20,000 nucleotides of DNA from an uncultured virus (IMG/VR IMGVR_UViG_3300028571_002018) (IMGVR_UViG_3300028571_002018); one strand, 5' to 3'. Positions 8,460-16,784 are shown, numbered from the stretch's first letter. Translations and numbers: made by a program. The notes: generated from the sequence alone by a model not told the origin.

Positions 8460-8641
8460 GGACAGCCCTGCGGATTCGAACCGCAGTCAGTTGAAAGATT
8501 GGCCTCCTTTTCAGCACCGGTTGCCTGGTTTCCCAACCATCCAGCGGCTTCGTAGATAAATGACAAAGGTGCCCAACCATCCCCTTGCCCTCTCAAACGT
8601 AGCGAGCACTTTTCACCATGCTTCCAATACATCAGGCTGTC
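8460..8641 (-). ncRNA. tRNA-like RNA with ~114-nt insertion replacing the anticodon loop
   Basis: Acceptor stem GACAGCC/GGCTGTC, D-arm ATGT-ATTGGAA-GCAT, stem TGAAA/TTTCA and T-arm CTGCGG-TTCGAAT-CCGCAG. No CCA is encoded. Confidence 0.7.
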
Positions 8642-8645
8642 TACT

Positions 8646-9842
8646 TCAACCTTTGACGCAGACGACTTGCTTGAGCGTGTGCAGAATCTCCGTCAGGTCA
8701 GCCTGATTGGCCATGACCTGATCGATGTCTTTGTAGGCACCCGGAATCTCGTCAATCACATCCTTGTCCTTGCGGCAGATCACACCTTGGGTTAGCGCCA
8801 CCATGTCAGCTACCGTAAATTGCTTCTCGGCGGCGGTTCGACTCATCTTGCGTCCGGCACCATGGGCGCTGGAACAAAAGCTCTCAGGGTTACCAAGGCC
8901 GCGCACAATAAAACTGCGCGCACCCATGCTGCCTGGAACAATTCCCAGGTCACCGGCACGGGCACGAATGGCACCCTTGCGGGTCACCCAGACGTTTTCG
9001 CCGTAGTGGTGCTCTTGCGCAACATAGTTGTGGTGGCAGTTCACAGCCTCGGTCGTGACAGTAAAGGGGGGCAGATGGCGCTGTAAGGCAGCCAGCACCA
9101 GTTCTAACATCGACGTGCGGTTCTGCATCGCGTAATCCTGCGCCCAGTGAACCGCTTCCACATAATCTGCAAAGTGTTCAGAGCCTTCAGGGAAATAGGC
9201 CAGATCGCGGTCGGGCAGCTGGATCATCCAGCGTTCCATGTCCTTGCGCGCCAAAGCAATGAAGTAACTGGCAATCGCGTTACCAATGCCACGGCTGCCC
9301 GAATGCAACATAACCCACACCTGGTTAGTCTCATCTAGGCAGACTTCAATGAAGTGGTTTCCACCACCGAGCGTGCCCATCTGGTTGGCCCACTTGGAGA
9401 ACTTACCAAACGCTTTGAGCAGTTCGGGGTGGCGATCAGTCAACGATTTAAGGCCTGGCTCAAACGGTTTGGAGGCATCGACCAGTACCCGCTCATCGCT
9501 ATGCTGGGCACGACCGACCGGCACATCTCGACTGATCTGGTCAAAGACTTTTTGCAGCGCTTTTTCGTCGATTTCATTGGCCGTCAGCGACAAACGTGCC
9601 GCCACCATGCCACAACCCAGGTCAACACCGACCGCAGCTGGAATGATGGCTTTATGGGTGGCAATCACCGACCCGATGGTGGCACCAATACCCAAATGGA
9701 CATCGGGCATCGCCGCCACATGATGGTGAATGAATGGCAAACTTGCAATGTTGGTCAGTTGCTCAATTGAGCGCTCGTCCACATCGTCAGTCCATATCTT
9801 GACCGGAACTCGCTGGTCCGCAATAACTTTTTTTATGGGCAT
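8646..9842 (-). CDS. rtcB: RtcB family RNA 2',3'-cyclic phosphate/5'-OH ligase
   Basis: Motifs MPDVHLGIGATIG, AVGVDLGCGM, GTLGGGNHFIE, MLHSGSRG, NCHHNY, TRKGA, IVPGSMG, SSAHGAGR and DEIPGAYKDI. Confidence 0.97.
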   Translation of the reverse strand: MPIKKVIADQRVPVKIWTDDVDERSIEQLTNIASLPFIHHHVAAMPDVHLGIGATIGSVIATHKAIIPAAVGVDLGCGMVAARLSLTANEIDEKALQKVFDQISRDVPVGRAQHSDERVLVDASKPFEPGLKSLTDRHPELLKAFGKFSKWANQMGTLGGGNHFIEVCLDETNQVWVMLHSGSRGIGNAIASYFIALARKDMERWMIQLPDRDLAYFPEGSEHFADYVEAVHWAQDYAMQNRTSMLELVLAALQRHLPPFTVTTEAVNCHHNYVAQEHHYGENVWVTRKGAIRARAGDLGIVPGSMGARSFIVRGLGNPESFCSSAHGAGRKMSRTAAEKQFTVADMVALTQGVICRKDKDVIDEIPGAYKDIDQVMANQADLTEILHTLKQVVCVKG

Positions 9843-9860
9843 AAATTTTTCCCTCGCTTT

Positions 9861-11105
9861 TCATTGGTCCAGCAATGGCAGCTGTTCTGCCTTCGCTGCT
9901 GTGAATTCGGCAAACGGCTTGTCCCAATCTTCATAGGGAAATGCGTCGCGAACTTTTTTCTGAAAATCGCCACTGGCCAAAGTTTCGTAGGTCACACCCT
10001 TGCGAACGCACTCCAGCTTCATATCTCCAACGACACTCTCTGCAGTTGGAAAAACCTCCTCAAGACGCTTGGTCAAATAGAGCGTCACATGATCGACCGT
10101 TACTTTTCCAGTAACTTGATCAATCAGGTCTTGCGGCGGCTTCTTCTTGAGTGCGGGAGTCAGTCCCTCCACTAATTTGTTCCTCGACGAAGCAATTTCC
10201 TTCGTAAGTCGCTCGACCACAGATTCACGAAACTTTTCAATGTCGGCCCGAATCGCTTCAATCAGCGAATCGACCTCCTTGCGCTTGCTGCGAAGAGTTA
10301 TGGCACCAATGTCACCAATCGGACGGACAAATCGATCACGCAACTTGCGCACTCTGACTTCGACGGCATCAGCATCCTGACCAACTTTGCTTTTTCCATC
10401 CAACAAGTTGAAACTTGTGCGCAATCGCTTTGACGTGGCTTCGTCGCGCAAGGCCAGGATCAAGTCTTGCGGTAATTTGACGGTGTGGCGGGTAATTTGC
10501 AGGCCAGTCAGCCGCAGCTCAATGAACTCGACGTATGCGTTGAATACTGTCAGAGTGCGTGTAAGGTCAAATCGTTGCGGAGGATTCTTCACCATCTCAG
10601 CTTCCACAGCCTTCACATGGGCATCGGTTAACGGCTCCTTACCGATTTGTGGAGGGGTTGGCTTTATCGTTTCTTCGCTCGGACTACTTTTCACGTAGTC
10701 AGGGGCGACCGTGGCGAGCACACCATCAACTTGCTCTCGCGAAAGAATTAAGGCATTTGGACCACGCGGCAGATTTGGGTCTTCCACCATCATGGCAGGA
10801 AGCATGAAAACCATCGCCAGATCATCCACCACCAGAAGACTCATGCGCAAGCCCTGCTCGACTCGCACATCGACATCGTGCTCCAACAACATCGGCATGG
10901 GGTCAGTCTGGCCATACCCCAAACGCAGGGCGTTGGCACTGCCGTCAAGTACGACCCTAACGCGGCTTTTCACGAGACGTTTTCGAACTTCAATGAGCGC
11001 CCCTGCCACCGTGTCAGTTACCCCTGGACCAGCATAGACAGCACGGACTTTTGCCCCACGAATCATCTCTGCCACATCGTCATCTTTGATTACTTTAAGT
11101 TCCAA
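9861..11105 (-). CDS. Hypothetical protein: degenerate PLD-like N-terminal domain + helical C-terminal region (~414 aa)
   Basis: The pattern IRGAKVRAVYAGPG ... RVRVVLD ... GLRMSLLVVDD resembles a PLD fold with the HxK motif replaced. TTG at 11105 has GGAGG 8 nt upstream (the track start is 11120). The gene ends 18 nt before rtcB. Confidence 0.7.
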   Translation of the reverse strand: MELKVIKDDDVAEMIRGAKVRAVYAGPGVTDTVAGALIEVRKRLVKSRVRVVLDGSANALRLGYGQTDPMPMLLEHDVDVRVEQGLRMSLLVVDDLAMVFMLPAMMVEDPNLPRGPNALILSREQVDGVLATVAPDYVKSSPSEETIKPTPPQIGKEPLTDAHVKAVEAEMVKNPPQRFDLTRTLTVFNAYVEFIELRLTGLQITRHTVKLPQDLILALRDEATSKRLRTSFNLLDGKSKVGQDADAVEVRVRKLRDRFVRPIGDIGAITLRSKRKEVDSLIEAIRADIEKFRESVVERLTKEIASSRNKLVEGLTPALKKKPPQDLIDQVTGKVTVDHVTLYLTKRLEEVFPTAESVVGDMKLECVRKGVTYETLASGDFQKKVRDAFPYEDWDKPFAEFTAAKAEQLPLLDQ

Positions 11106-11468
11106 GTTGTGTCCCTCCAAACGCTGATCTAGTAAAAGTCACCTTGGCGTTGAGGGAATCCAGATTTGGACTTTGTGTACCAAAGCGGCCGGAATGATCA
11201 GCCGGCATAGTTGCAACGTCGTTGCAAATAAATGGCAAACTAGTGTCTTCGGCAATTCGAAACCACGAGCGCAATTCGCGATCGTCCATCCAAGCACTGG
11301 CGAGACAGCCTTGATTTGACTTCTGCTGAAGTAGTTTTACACCCATGGCGGAATCCCATTGGTGAGTCCGTTCGGCAAAAACCTAGGCATAGACGAATTT
11401 TTGTTGAAGCGCATCGAAATTCATTTCAGTTTGTTCACCAACTGTAGGACTTTCAACGGGCGTAGACG

Positions 11469-11484
11469 AAAATTCCCCTACTTT
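11469..11484. promoter_or_regulatory. Recurrent motif AAAATTCCCCTACTTT, copy 1
   Basis: Identical 16-mer at 16839-16854 and an 11-bp core at 13951-13961. Confidence 0.5.
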
Positions 11485-11498
11485 ATTGAGATCACACC

Positions 11499-12182
11499 AT
11501 GTGGCCATTTTTTAGTAAACAAAAGCAATCGTCGGGTATCACTGAGGTTCATACTGAATCTCGTACCCGACCGATGAAATTTTCACAACTCCTAGATGGC
11601 ATGGGAGACTTTAGTGATCTGGGCAACCACGACACAGCGATGAAGTTTTGGCTGCCCGAGCCCGCCCTTGAAGCTCTCAAGGAGATAAGCAATTTGAATG
11701 GCGACTCTGTTAGTGAAGCTTTGCGCCAGTTTTTTGCTCATCATTGCTACGGCATCTATGCGTTTCAGATGATGAACGCAAAAATTCCAGGGATTTTCAA
11801 AGACCCTGGACCTATTATGTTTTCAAGGGGTCCCAGCAATGATCCTGTAGGTAAAAAGCGTGTTCACACCTATTGGGTTCCCGAGTTGGGTAAAAACGTT
11901 ATGCCGATCAAGGTGTGGGTGCCTGCCCGAATCCGAAATGATCTTCAATTGCTCGCAACCCACGTTGAGTTGAATTTGTCTCAATATGCCAGAGAGATTG
12001 TCATTTCTCGACTACTCGGGCATGGAACACTTCCTTACCGGCCAGAAATGCTGGCGGCCAATCCATTACCTGCGGCACACGACTGGTGCGAGGGAAAAGA
12101 CGTACCGTTACGCCAATTATGTGATGGTGAAAAAGTTCTCCACGATGAAGTGAAGACAGTTTCCGAATGGGTCGATGCGTGA
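11499..12182 (+). CDS. Putative tandem ribbon-helix-helix DNA-binding protein (227 aa)
   Basis: Two RHH-like units: MKFWLPEPALEALKEISNLNGDSVSEALRQFF and IKVWVPARIRNDLQLLATHVELNLSQYAREIV. Confidence 0.65.
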   Translation: MWPFFSKQKQSSGITEVHTESRTRPMKFSQLLDGMGDFSDLGNHDTAMKFWLPEPALEALKEISNLNGDSVSEALRQFFAHHCYGIYAFQMMNAKIPGIFKDPGPIMFSRGPSNDPVGKKRVHTYWVPELGKNVMPIKVWVPARIRNDLQLLATHVELNLSQYAREIVISRLLGHGTLPYRPEMLAANPLPAAHDWCEGKDVPLRQLCDGEKVLHDEVKTVSEWVDA

Positions 12183-12205
12183 TCTTGATCTGGCATTGAT
12201 AACGT

Positions 12206-13933
12206 TTACAGTTCAAACAAATCTGGTTCAGCGTCGACAACGGGCATTCGTTTTTCGCCCAAGTGCTCAGAATATTTTCTGTTGACTTCTGCTACAGCCT
12301 GCTTGGCATACTTCCGAACTGCCAATTGCACTGGCTCGTTGCAAGGACCTGCAATCTCGTCCAGCGACCAGTGTCGGACACGCCGGACAGCAGAGGCCAA
12401 CGCTATCCTTCGGCCTGTGCTCTTATCGCGCAGGCTAATAAGCAACTCATTGCCCTGACGGCATCGGGAAATGTAACTATCCGCGCAATTGTGCAATGCC
12501 GTCGCCTCGGTAATCAATGCGTTTGGGGAAAGTAGTGGCACAACCATTAGCTTGCCCGATGTATCCCATTGCGCCGATTGAACCCACAAGGCCCAGGCTG
12601 GAGCGTCCTGCGTATCCTCTGCTTGTTCCAATTTTTCGTGAAATTGCACCGCCTCACGCAACCAAGAGCAACCGCGGCGTCGCTGATTCTTGTCTGGGCG
12701 AAAGGCGTACTTTCTAACCAGCCATGCCCAGCGTGGAACGCTATCAAAGAGTTCCTGATATGCCACGGCGTCCCCGCGCCTATCAGAAGCCTCGTTGCAG
12801 ACAATTTGCCAAAACCAACCCGGAACACCTGCACTGGACGTTTCAAATGTGTCGGGCCGACCCGCTGAATCGTGCAACAAACGTATAAAACCACGCGGAG
12901 CCAATGTTGGCCACCGTGATGCATCCAGAGCCTTCAGGCTCAAAATGAGCGATTCCCATGGAGAACGGTTAAGTTGGCTTGGCAGCAAGCGGTTCATTCC
13001 CTTCTCGGCCAATACACGCCAAGCCTTTTGCGACAGACCCGATGCCAGAATGTCATTCATCATCGCTGGAATGGCATCTGCCGTTTGGGAAAGATCGTTA
13101 GGTCTAGCGTACGAAAGCCACGCGGTCAGCGCAACCAACAGTCGTGGGTTTTCTCGATCCATGGTTTGAAACACGCGAAGGTTTCTCCACACCAAGTTCA
13201 AATGCTGTGCCGTGAGGCTTGCCTTACCTGGATAGAGCCGAGCACGCAATGCGGTATCCACGAGATCTGAACCTATGTACAAAGTCAACATGGCGGCCAA
13301 GCGATGCCGAACTGCCGCCATTGCGCCACATCTTTTCAATCGCGCGCCAACCAAATCGATAACGTCATTGAGCGCCGAATCCATCGCGTCAAAGCTCGTA
13401 AAGAGTTGACCTTGATCCTGTTCACCAAGCTTTTTGGTGTAAGAAAACCAGCCTGGCCGGGCTGCGATATAGACAAGCCAAGTCGACTTGCAAAGTGGAT
13501 TGAGTAGATCAACATTGTCCAAGCGCGAATCGACACAGTGCTTCCATGGCGGACTTTGTTTGCTGGCCTTTTCTCGACGTGAAATGGGAGATGGTTCAAC
13601 CCAGACTGCCTGCTCTGACCGATCAATTACATAGTCCAACGCGCCAAAGATTCGAATCCGCAATCGACTGCCAACCGAAGACATAACGCGTATGGGGTCG
13701 GCATATAAGTGTTGCATCACATGTCCCAGCAATGCCGAAGCGCCTAAGGAAACGGTGTCCTCATACACATCCCCAGTCAAAACTGGATGTGCGAGGTGGT
13801 CACTGGTGCATTCCTTAGCCGATCGCATTCTCTGGCGAACTGCCGCATTTATCAACCGCGCCCCAATGCCGTTGTCTATCAAATATTGGATCGGTACAAG
13901 GTGTGCTTCTCTCATGTACGGCAGGTTAGCCAA
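12206..13933 (-). CDS. PcfJ domain-containing protein (~575 aa)
   Basis: The C-terminal VVPLLSPNALITEATALHNCADSY...LISLRD...EIAGPCNEP matches the PcfJ-like E...HNC..SY / G..N pattern. The start codon is uncertain. Confidence 0.8.
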   Translation of the reverse strand: MANLPYMREAHLVPIQYLIDNGIGARLINAAVRQRMRSAKECTSDHLAHPVLTGDVYEDTVSLGASALLGHVMQHLYADPIRVMSSVGSRLRIRIFGALDYVIDRSEQAVWVEPSPISRREKASKQSPPWKHCVDSRLDNVDLLNPLCKSTWLVYIAARPGWFSYTKKLGEQDQGQLFTSFDAMDSALNDVIDLVGARLKRCGAMAAVRHRLAAMLTLYIGSDLVDTALRARLYPGKASLTAQHLNLVWRNLRVFQTMDRENPRLLVALTAWLSYARPNDLSQTADAIPAMMNDILASGLSQKAWRVLAEKGMNRLLPSQLNRSPWESLILSLKALDASRWPTLAPRGFIRLLHDSAGRPDTFETSSAGVPGWFWQIVCNEASDRRGDAVAYQELFDSVPRWAWLVRKYAFRPDKNQRRRGCSWLREAVQFHEKLEQAEDTQDAPAWALWVQSAQWDTSGKLMVVPLLSPNALITEATALHNCADSYISRCRQGNELLISLRDKSTGRRIALASAVRRVRHWSLDEIAGPCNEPVQLAVRKYAKQAVAEVNRKYSEHLGEKRMPVVDAEPDLFEL

Positions 13934-13934
13934 C

Positions 13935-13962
13935 GAGGGGAATCATTACCAAAATTCCCCTC
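13935..13962. promoter_or_regulatory. Inverted repeat containing recurrent motif core (copy 2)
   Basis: GAGGGGAAT-N10-ATTCCCCTC; CCAAAATTCCCCT (13949-13961) also occurs at 16837-16849. Confidence 0.5.
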
Positions 13963-14034
13963 AAATTTCGCAAACCTTCGAACCGCTAAAACCTCCCACA
14001 TCGCCATGAAGTTCAATACACTACCGATGTGCCA

Positions 14035-14103
14035 GGGCCGGTGGTCATAGAGACGTGCAGTGAGTAGCTGCAAGATGTCTGGTTCAAATCCGGGCCTGAC
14101 CCT
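14035..14103 (+). ncRNA. Compact pseudo-tRNA / tRNA-like element (nominal anticodon AGT)
   Basis: Acceptor stem GGGCCGG/CTGACCC (6/7 pairs), D-arm GTC-ATAGA-GAC, anticodon arm TGCAG-TGAGTAG-CTGCA and T-arm GTCTGG-TTCAAAT-CCGGGC. It has G33, no D-loop GG and no CCA. Confidence 0.65.
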
Positions 14104-14174
14104 GGCGCACCGTCGTAGAAGGTGATGTTGACGGCTGACCGATAGATGATCTGGCTATTTGATGTCGTTTCGCG

Positions 14175-15050
14175 TTAACCGATATACACCCGCACACAAG
14201 CCCGCATCGTGTTGTCGTGCAAGTCTAGTACCGGTCGAATCCCATGCATATCATCCCGCTGATAACCACCAGCCAGATTCCATGCAACCGGGACTTGCAT
14301 CGCTTTACATTCTTGAAACACCAGTTCGTCGCGCCGAAGCATTTGCTCCGTTGTCATGACACCCCCCAGCGGATCATTGATATGGGGATCGGCACCCGCC
14401 TGGTAGAGGATGAGATCACATCCCGACATGCCTTTAAGCACACTGGGCAAATGCCTGAAAAGTTCCTCCGACTTTTCAACCGTGGTGTAGGGCTGCTCCC
14501 CAAACGTGTAGTGTTGCAGCCAATTTCCCAGCTCAAGCAATTCAATGAGCGAAGCAGTCCCATCCCCGAAGTGCACATCGCAGTCCACAATGCCCACCCG
14601 ATCCACAAGGCCCGCACTTTTCAAGGCTCGTGCTGCGATGACCAAACCATTAAAAGTACAGAATCCTGCACCCTTTGCATAGCGAGCATGGTGGAACCCT
14701 GCGACAGGTGCCACAGCTACTTTGCCATTGGCAACAGCCTCGCGTCCGGCATCAATCATTGCACCGACGGTGTACCTGCAGGTTTCAGCTATCGCCACAT
14801 CTTTGTTCATAAAGCCATTGGCTTGCTGGCCTGAGAAAATCTTCCTCACGTAGTCCATCGAGTGGGCCAGGCACAGCACTTCGTCGTCGGCTGGACAAAC
14901 GTCGTGTACCGAGATTGGTGCGCCCATGGCCAGCCAAGAGTGCACAACTGGTTTGGGCTTTGCTGCGCTGGGCGAAAATCCACCGCTGTCTGCGACCATC
15001 TGATCACAGTAGAAGACCGGCAGCGTTGACAGCGTTTCGTTAGTTGTCAT
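14175..15050 (-). CDS. Zn-dependent histone deacetylase family protein (HDAC/AcuC/AphA)
   Basis: Motifs GFHHA, GFCTFN, VDCDVHFGDGT, YQAGADPHINDPLG and LAGGY. The ATG at 15050 overlaps the end of the Sir2 gene. Confidence 0.92.
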   Translation of the reverse strand: MTTNETLSTLPVFYCDQMVADSGGFSPSAAKPKPVVHSWLAMGAPISVHDVCPADDEVLCLAHSMDYVRKIFSGQQANGFMNKDVAIAETCRYTVGAMIDAGREAVANGKVAVAPVAGFHHARYAKGAGFCTFNGLVIAARALKSAGLVDRVGIVDCDVHFGDGTASLIELLELGNWLQHYTFGEQPYTTVEKSEELFRHLPSVLKGMSGCDLILYQAGADPHINDPLGGVMTTEQMLRRDELVFQECKAMQVPVAWNLAGGYQRDDMHGIRPVLDLHDNTMRACVRVYIG

Positions 15051-15912
15051 GACCACGCCCCTTCACTTCATCCAGTGCGGATTGAATGCCCAGCAAGCCC
15101 TCGAGCGCGCTCTTAGGAATGCTGACGTCAGCACTCCCTGGCACCTGACTTTCTTGGGGATTAATACGAATCAAGCGCCCGTCGTATCGGCTGATGATGC
15201 TGTGGCTGAAATGGCGGACCGATGGTATCGCGGTTCCAGCCCCCAACTCAACGATTACCACTCGGGCTCGCGCTGATTCAACCGTGTAAAGCCACTGGTC
15301 TTCCCGGCGGGACTGAGCCCGTGTTCTGGATTCCAGCCAATTCCAATCTCCAAACATCAATATGTTCGGACGGGCAAGACTGCCGCAGGCTGAGCAGGTC
15401 GGAGGTCCATTGGTGAGGTGACAAGCATCTTCGTTGATGTGGGGCATAAATCCGTCTGCACTCCACACCGTGCGCTCGCATCTCTCCTTGCACTGGAAGT
15501 GGTGGATCGAGCCATGGCATTCATGAATCTGGTCGTCTGCAAACCCGGCCTTTTGAAACTGTCCATCCACATTGCTCGTGAATATCCAGCTACCAAACAT
15601 CATCTCCTCGCTCCACTTGCGAAGAATTTGAAACCCTTCATGCGGCACGGTCTTGCGGTACAAGTCCAATCGGTGACCGTAGAAGCCCCAAGCGAGCATT
15701 GGGTCCTTCTCGAATGTCGCCGGGTTCGCCACTTGAGTAAAGTCCAACTTGGCTCGTGCCAATGCGGGGTAGGCATTCCAGAAGCCCTCACGCCCCCGAA
15801 AATCAGGCAAGCCGGAGTCCACGCCCATGCCCGCTCCCGCCCCGATAACCAAGGCATCTGCACCAGCGATGAGCTCAGCAGCCCTGTAAAACGATGTTGT
15901 CAAGTCGGTCAT
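15040..15912 (-). CDS. Sir2 family NAD-dependent deacylase
   Basis: Motifs GAGAGMGVDSGLPDFRG, FTSNVDGQF, ECHGS, CxxxC...CxxC zinc site, RPNILMFGD, ELGAG and RINP. Confidence 0.92.
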   Translation of the reverse strand: MTDLTTSFYRAAELIAGADALVIGAGAGMGVDSGLPDFRGREGFWNAYPALARAKLDFTQVANPATFEKDPMLAWGFYGHRLDLYRKTVPHEGFQILRKWSEEMMFGSWIFTSNVDGQFQKAGFADDQIHECHGSIHHFQCKERCERTVWSADGFMPHINEDACHLTNGPPTCSACGSLARPNILMFGDWNWLESRTRAQSRREDQWLYTVESARARVVIVELGAGTAIPSVRHFSHSIISRYDGRLIRINPQESQVPGSADVSIPKSALEGLLGIQSALDEVKGRGHDN

Positions 15913-16784
15913 TTTTCAAAAACCTCGTTGGCATCTGGTGAAACGACCACAAGGTCGATGATTTTTGCGCAATCTGGGAACACCGCTTGCAGCCTCTCAC
16001 CAAGGTGATCCCACAGAGCGACACACTCATGGACGCACTGACGATGCAACGTTATGAGGTGGCTTTCGTCCAGCGCGTTCAACCACTGTGCGGCACGAGC
16101 AATCTGGGCACTGCCACGCGGTGTCTGATCCAAGCTCGGCCATTCGCCAAGGGGCGGGATTTCGTCCCGATACACAGCCCAAATTGCCCGAAGCCGCATT
16201 CTGTCGTTCAACAGTGGACTTTCCAGATCCATCAAGTTGAGAAACGTAAGCATCTGCCCCAGGGCAGCGAGCATGTCATAGGTGTCCCAAATGGGAAGTT
16301 CCCCTTCCTCCACTGCGTAGCCCTCCTGCGCCGGGTGCACCCCAGCATCCCACCACAAAACCATGAGTTTGGTGGTACCCGTGGCCTTTTCTCGAAGGAG
16401 TTTTTGCGTGCTGACGGCCGACTGAAGTGCCTCACTTAACAGCGGATCGGACCGAACCAAAATGAAGTCCCAAAGCGACTTCTTGTCCTCCAGACTCCAC
16501 TGTGCAGCAAAGTCTTCGAACTGGTTCAATCGGAATCCGCTGCGCACAGGAACCAATCCTGGCGGTCTTGGCAGAGAACCGTCCAGGAACGCGTTGCTTA
16601 CCTGCTCCTCTGATGCCTGCTCTTCTGGTACGAGCCAGAGGACCTCTGCAAATCGGTGCAAATCCTTTTTGTGCTGAATGCCCAAAACTTTATGCACATT
16701 TATGACGTTGGCCGCGTCAGACAACAGATCGTGCAAGGGCTGAAAGAGAATTGCGACGTGACGGCCGCTCGGGAGCATAGGCAT
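15909..16784 (-). CDS. Hypothetical protein (291 aa)
   Basis: Long ORF with a GGA RBS-like sequence and an ATGA overlap with the Sir2 start. No family recognised. Confidence 0.7.
   Translation of the reverse strand: MPMLPSGRHVAILFQPLHDLLSDAANVINVHKVLGIQHKKDLHRFAEVLWLVPEEQASEEQVSNAFLDGSLPRPPGLVPVRSGFRLNQFEDFAAQWSLEDKKSLWDFILVRSDPLLSEALQSAVSTQKLLREKATGTTKLMVLWWDAGVHPAQEGYAVEEGELPIWDTYDMLAALGQMLTFLNLMDLESPLLNDRMRLRAIWAVYRDEIPPLGEWPSLDQTPRGSAQIARAAQWLNALDESHLITLHRQCVHECVALWDHLGERLQAVFPDCAKIIDLVVVSPDANEVFEK

Noticed and set aside
8497..8610. Insertion as a group I/II intron or the element as tmRNA
   Set aside because: It is too short, no intron core motifs were recognised, and the element has a D-stem and lacks a CCA end or evident tag peptide.
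8396..8632. 78-aa minus-strand ORF after rtcB
   Set aside because: It has no recognisable motif and the tRNA-like structure explains the region better, although translation cannot be excluded.
11095..11346. 83-aa minus-strand ORF upstream of the PLD-like gene
   Set aside because: It has no motif or convincing RBS and overlaps the next gene's start, so it is unsupported.
14035..14103. Functional tRNA-Thr(AGT)
   Set aside because: G33, no D-loop GG, an acceptor mismatch, a 6-bp T-stem and an A34 Thr anticodon atypical for proteobacteria; reported as tRNA-like instead.
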